Source: Raphidiopsis brookii D9 (GTDB taxonomy: Bacteria > Cyanobacteriota > Cyanobacteriia > Cyanobacteriales > Nostocaceae). From it: DNA of 7,566 nt. Location of the stretch: positions 1 to 7,566 of the forward strand of contig ACYB01000043.1 of NCBI GenBank assembly GCA_000175855.1, given 5' to 3'. Below are positions 5,292-7,566 of this stretch, one piece after another. The notes under the pieces were generated by a model, which was not told the origin of the DNA, made no database searches, and saw nothing but the letters and a program-made list of their open reading frames with translations. The position numbers and the translations under genes are program-made. Numbering within the stretch: the stretch's first letter is position 1; each line of letters opens with the position of its first letter.

Positions 5292-5398
5292 AATGCAAGC
5301 ACCTCTCCTAACCCCAAAAATGCTCAACCCCATACTCTCAAAGACTTTCTGGTTTTCCTTTCGCTCTTTTTAACTTAACAATCTACAGTGCTTGCATT
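5292..5398. repeat. Perfect 11-bp inverted repeat pair, AATGCAAGCAC (5292-5302) and GTGCTTGCATT (5388-5398), separated by 85 bp
   Basis: This was read directly from the sequence. The right arm overlaps the cas2 stop codon (5397-5399). A third partial copy, TAAATGCAAG (5197-5206), is a 10-bp direct repeat of 5290-5299 and supplies the -35 of the candidate array promoter. Confidence 0.7.
5320..5352 (-). repeat. Decayed CRISPR-repeat relic (D2) that keeps the repeat's 3' end
   Basis: The minus-sense sequence ...AAAGTCTTTGAGAGTATGGGGTTGAGCAT aligns to the repeat ...AAACCTTTGATGCCATTAGGCGTTGAGCAC. The last 12 nt match 10/12, including GTTGAGCA 8/8. The CTTTGA block is also conserved, with a 2-nt gap. 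Confidence 0.5.
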
Positions 5399-5690
5399 AA
5401 AAAATTTTGTAACATTGATCTGGTAACAACCAAGCATTAGGACGATTATACTTCCGTATATCGTTCACGCACTGATTAGAAAGACGAATTAGTAGTAAAC
5501 TGTCCTCATCCGTTAGTATTCTTTCCAATTCCCATCTTAGTTTTTCCCGCGATCGCATCGTTAACCAAGAGCGAAAAATTGAGTATTGCACTCTGTCACC
5601 ATATCCTTCCAACAACTTATATACCTTTCTCCAACGCTTTGAATCGCGAATGTCATAACAAATGAGGTAACAATTTCTGTTTTCTGCCAT
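5397..5690 (-). CDS. cas2: Cas2 (adaptation)
   Basis: This is the 97-aa ORF. It begins NCYLICYDIRDSKRWRKVYKLLEGYGDRVQYSIFRSWL, the classic Cas2 N-terminal beta-strand with catalytic Asp and the ferredoxin-fold pattern. It starts 9 nt after the cas4-cas1 stop. Confidence 0.93.
   Translation of the reverse strand: MAENRNCYLICYDIRDSKRWRKVYKLLEGYGDRVQYSIFRSWLTMRSREKLRWELERILTDEDSLLLIRLSNQCVNDIRKYNRPNAWLLPDQCYKIF
5549..5556. repeat. HIP1 octamer GCGATCGC
   Basis: Exact match read in the sequence (cccGCGATCGCat), inside cas2. Confidence 0.9.
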
Positions 5691-5699
5691 AGCTACACA

Positions 5700-7388
5700 T
5701 TATCTTAATATTAGATTTCCGAATAACCCCGGTTCACCACTCCATTCCTTTTCTAGCAGGCGTACTTCTAATTCAAATAGACGACGATAGGTAAGAGAAT
5801 ACCCTGTCACCGGATGTTTCCAAGTTTCTTGTTTACGACGCTCATATAGTTCAACAAATTTACGTTTTCCAGGTTCACTTAACCATACCTGTTCTCTTCT
5901 AATTTCAAAGTCTTCTTTTGGGTGCCATTGGCCTCGATTAATTGAAGACATAACCGTCATGTCAACTAACGGTACTCTGAATATTTCTAATAAATCTAGA
6001 GCCAAAGGAGCAGCTTGAGAACGAGGTTGGTGGTAAAAGCCTAATGCACCTTCCAACCCAACAGTCAAAATGGCATTCATTACATCTTTTAATACCAAAG
6101 CATAACCAAAACTCAACAGAGCATTAAATCTGTCCTTAGGTGGTCGACGATTCCTACCATTAAAATAGAGTTCATCTACCACATCTGCAACAATTAAATG
6201 TGGTAAGGCACTAAAATATGACGCAGCAATATTTCCCTCCAATCCTAACAATGATTCTAAAGATTTTGCTTGAGGAACTTGTTTAAGCATCGTTTTAATT
6301 TGGGCAATCGACTTGTGTAAATTTTCTGGTACCTGAGTTCTACCTCTAGTTCCCCGCATTAAAAATTTACGCTGACCTTGACCTCGACATAAGACCAATT
6401 TCCTGGCTAATTCTAAACAAAATGCAGGGTCGCTCAATGCAGTATATTGACGAATACGACGTTGAATACTACCTCTTCGATTATCAAAACTTCCAACATA
6501 CCGACCTCCTCCAGAAATAAAATGTATCCCTATATCTTGATGTGCACAAAAATATAATGCCTGAGTGGAAATTTGAGAGAAGCTGTGCAAAACTAACTGT
6601 CCTATTTGACTAGCTGGAATATTTTCTATGGGCTGATTACGACGATTAATTTTGATTTGTGATCCCGTCTTTCCTACTAATGCACCGGGCTCTAAAATAT
6701 GAATTATTAAACGTTCATCATCTTCTGGAAAAAGGCGAATAGGTTGCCATTCTTTATCATGAGTCAGTCTAGCTTCTTCTGGTAAACAGACAGGTGCTAA
6801 GGAACAACGAGCACATAGTCTCTCATTTTCTGTCACTGGTGGTCTGTAAGCTGATTCCCTCAAATTACGCGCTTCTTTAATTGCTTGATGAACACTTTCC
6901 CTACCAGAATGATCTAAAGGCACATGAATCAATATGTTATCAGTATGGTAACGAATACGACCCTCTTTTACTGTAATCCCCAGTGCAAATTCCAGTAATA
7001 GTGCATAAGCTAGGATTTGTAATTTGTCACTCTCCCATGCTTGAGGTTGTTTATTTTCATCTCTGTGACAATAACCACGCTTATGCTCGTATGGAATAGT
7101 TTGCCCATCACGGGTACGAAGCGCATCCAATCGTCCACGTAAACCTAATTCCTCGCTTTCAAGAAATAGTTCTTCCCAGACTTCATCTTCTTGTTTTTCC
7201 AGTTCTGTGTGTAACCTGCGTCCAGCAAATATGGCTGCATCTTGAGTATATAGCTCCTCAACCTCTTCCAAATAAAATAATCGTCGACAGTAGGCTAGTG
7301 CATGAAGCGCAGAAACTCGTATAGTCTTTGATATATCCTGCGGTGATGTTTTTTTTACGCCTTCTGATTCTAAGTCCATAACTTCCAT
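5700..7388 (-). CDS. cas4-cas1: Cas4-Cas1 fusion protein: N-terminal RecB-like Fe-S nuclease and C-terminal Cas1 integrase
   Basis: This is the 562-aa ORF. The Cas4 part has YCRRLFYLEE (first Cys), GRLDAL...IPYEHKRG (D...ExK nuclease motifs), QILAYALLLE and CARCSLAPVC (three C-terminal Cys). The Cas1 part has LIIHILEPGALVGKTGSQIKI, LGLEGNIAASYF, RRPPKDRFNALLSFGYALV, GFYHQPRSQAAPLALDLLEIFR. Confidence 0.93.
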   Translation of the reverse strand: MEVMDLESEGVKKTSPQDISKTIRVSALHALAYCRRLFYLEEVEELYTQDAAIFAGRRLHTELEKQEDEVWEELFLESEELGLRGRLDALRTRDGQTIPYEHKRGYCHRDENKQPQAWESDKLQILAYALLLEFALGITVKEGRIRYHTDNILIHVPLDHSGRESVHQAIKEARNLRESAYRPPVTENERLCARCSLAPVCLPEEARLTHDKEWQPIRLFPEDDERLIIHILEPGALVGKTGSQIKINRRNQPIENIPASQIGQLVLHSFSQISTQALYFCAHQDIGIHFISGGGRYVGSFDNRRGSIQRRIRQYTALSDPAFCLELARKLVLCRGQGQRKFLMRGTRGRTQVPENLHKSIAQIKTMLKQVPQAKSLESLLGLEGNIAASYFSALPHLIVADVVDELYFNGRNRRPPKDRFNALLSFGYALVLKDVMNAILTVGLEGALGFYHQPRSQAAPLALDLLEIFRVPLVDMTVMSSINRGQWHPKEDFEIRREQVWLSEPGKRKFVELYERRKQETWKHPVTGYSLTYRRLFELEVRLLEKEWSGEPGLFGNLILR

Positions 7389-7487
7389 GGTGTTACCCTT
7401 ATTTTCTTTGACCTTGCCATTAATTTACTTAGTGAGATAGGCAAAAATATTTCCTAGTGTCTGTAACTAATGATTAAAGCAGAATTA

Positions 7488-7515
7488 AATCTAGTCAATA
7501 TACACACGATGTAAA
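7488..7515 (-). promoter_or_regulatory. Weak candidate promoter for the cas4-cas1/cas2 adaptation operon
   Basis: On the minus strand: TTTACA (7515-7510), a 16-nt spacer, then TAGATT (7493-7488), ~100 nt upstream of ATG 7388. It lies in a 178-bp AT-rich non-coding stretch. This is a motif match only. Confidence 0.3.
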
Positions 7516-7566
7516 CTTTACAGTTGTAGTTTAGTCTTTCCAGTCTTTTATATAAACTTGACAAGT

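Larger units (their letters stand above)
5136..5396 (-). promoter_or_regulatory. CRISPR leader between the cas2 stop and the first repeat
   Basis: This is an AT-rich non-coding 261 bp adjacent to the perfect repeat at 5100-5135 and directly downstream of cas1/cas2 on the same strand. It contains a promoter-like motif and repeat relics, listed as separate features. Confidence 0.6.

Noticed and set aside
3499-7470. Shared short motifs in the three upstream regions as a common WYL operator: CTTAGTGA at 4563-4570 and 7428-7435; TTAGTTAC at 3512-3519 and its complement at 7463-7470
   Set aside because: Between AT-rich regions of ~200 bp compared on both strands, about one shared 8-mer is expected by chance. 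The half-site arrangements also differ between sites. I kept this only as something to test in binding assays, not as a claim.
1-7566. CRISPR-associated transposon or another mobile-element context
   Set aside because: No transposase, TniQ/TnsC-like or integrase ORF and no terminal inverted repeats were seen. A full adaptation module and a Cas3 gene are present, unlike the known nuclease-deficient transposon-borne systems.
7556-7566. The palindrome ACTTG-A-CAAGT containing TTGACA at the right window edge, as a possible divergent promoter or operator
   Set aside because: It is cut off by the window boundary and has no downstream context, so it cannot be evaluated.

Overview
The window holds most of a type I CRISPR-Cas locus, with every element on the minus strand. 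It is AT-rich and carries three perfect HIP1 octamers (GCGATCGC), which points to a cyanobacterial origin. In transcription order (right to left) the elements are: a Cas4-Cas1 fusion gene (7388-5700); cas2 (5690-5397); a 261-bp leader (5396-5136); a CRISPR array of 7 repeats and 6 spacers with 36-nt repeats (5135-4662); a WYL-domain regulator gene (4535-3564); one long gene in which a Cas6 (Cmx6/I-MYXAN-like) domain runs without a stop codon into Cas3 (3358-372); and the first 125 codons of a probable Cas8-like large-subunit gene (375-1), which starts on an ATGA overlap with the cas3 stop. Points worth a second look: (1) the cas3 part is split into five frame segments by four 1-nt indels, all in A/T homopolymers, yet every HD and helicase motif is intact. 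This is either very recent inactivation or an assembly error. (2) The leader contains decayed CRISPR-repeat relics. One carries a perfect TATAAT box in the position expected for the array promoter. Another keeps the repeat's 3' handle and lies inside an 11-bp long-range inverted repeat that starts at the cas2 stop codon. (3) The WYL regulator sits between the array and the interference genes with no visible terminator upstream. (4) The leader-proximal spacer is internally duplicated and palindromic. No transposase, tRNA or rRNA gene was seen. cas7 and cas5 are not in the window and presumably lie beyond the left edge.
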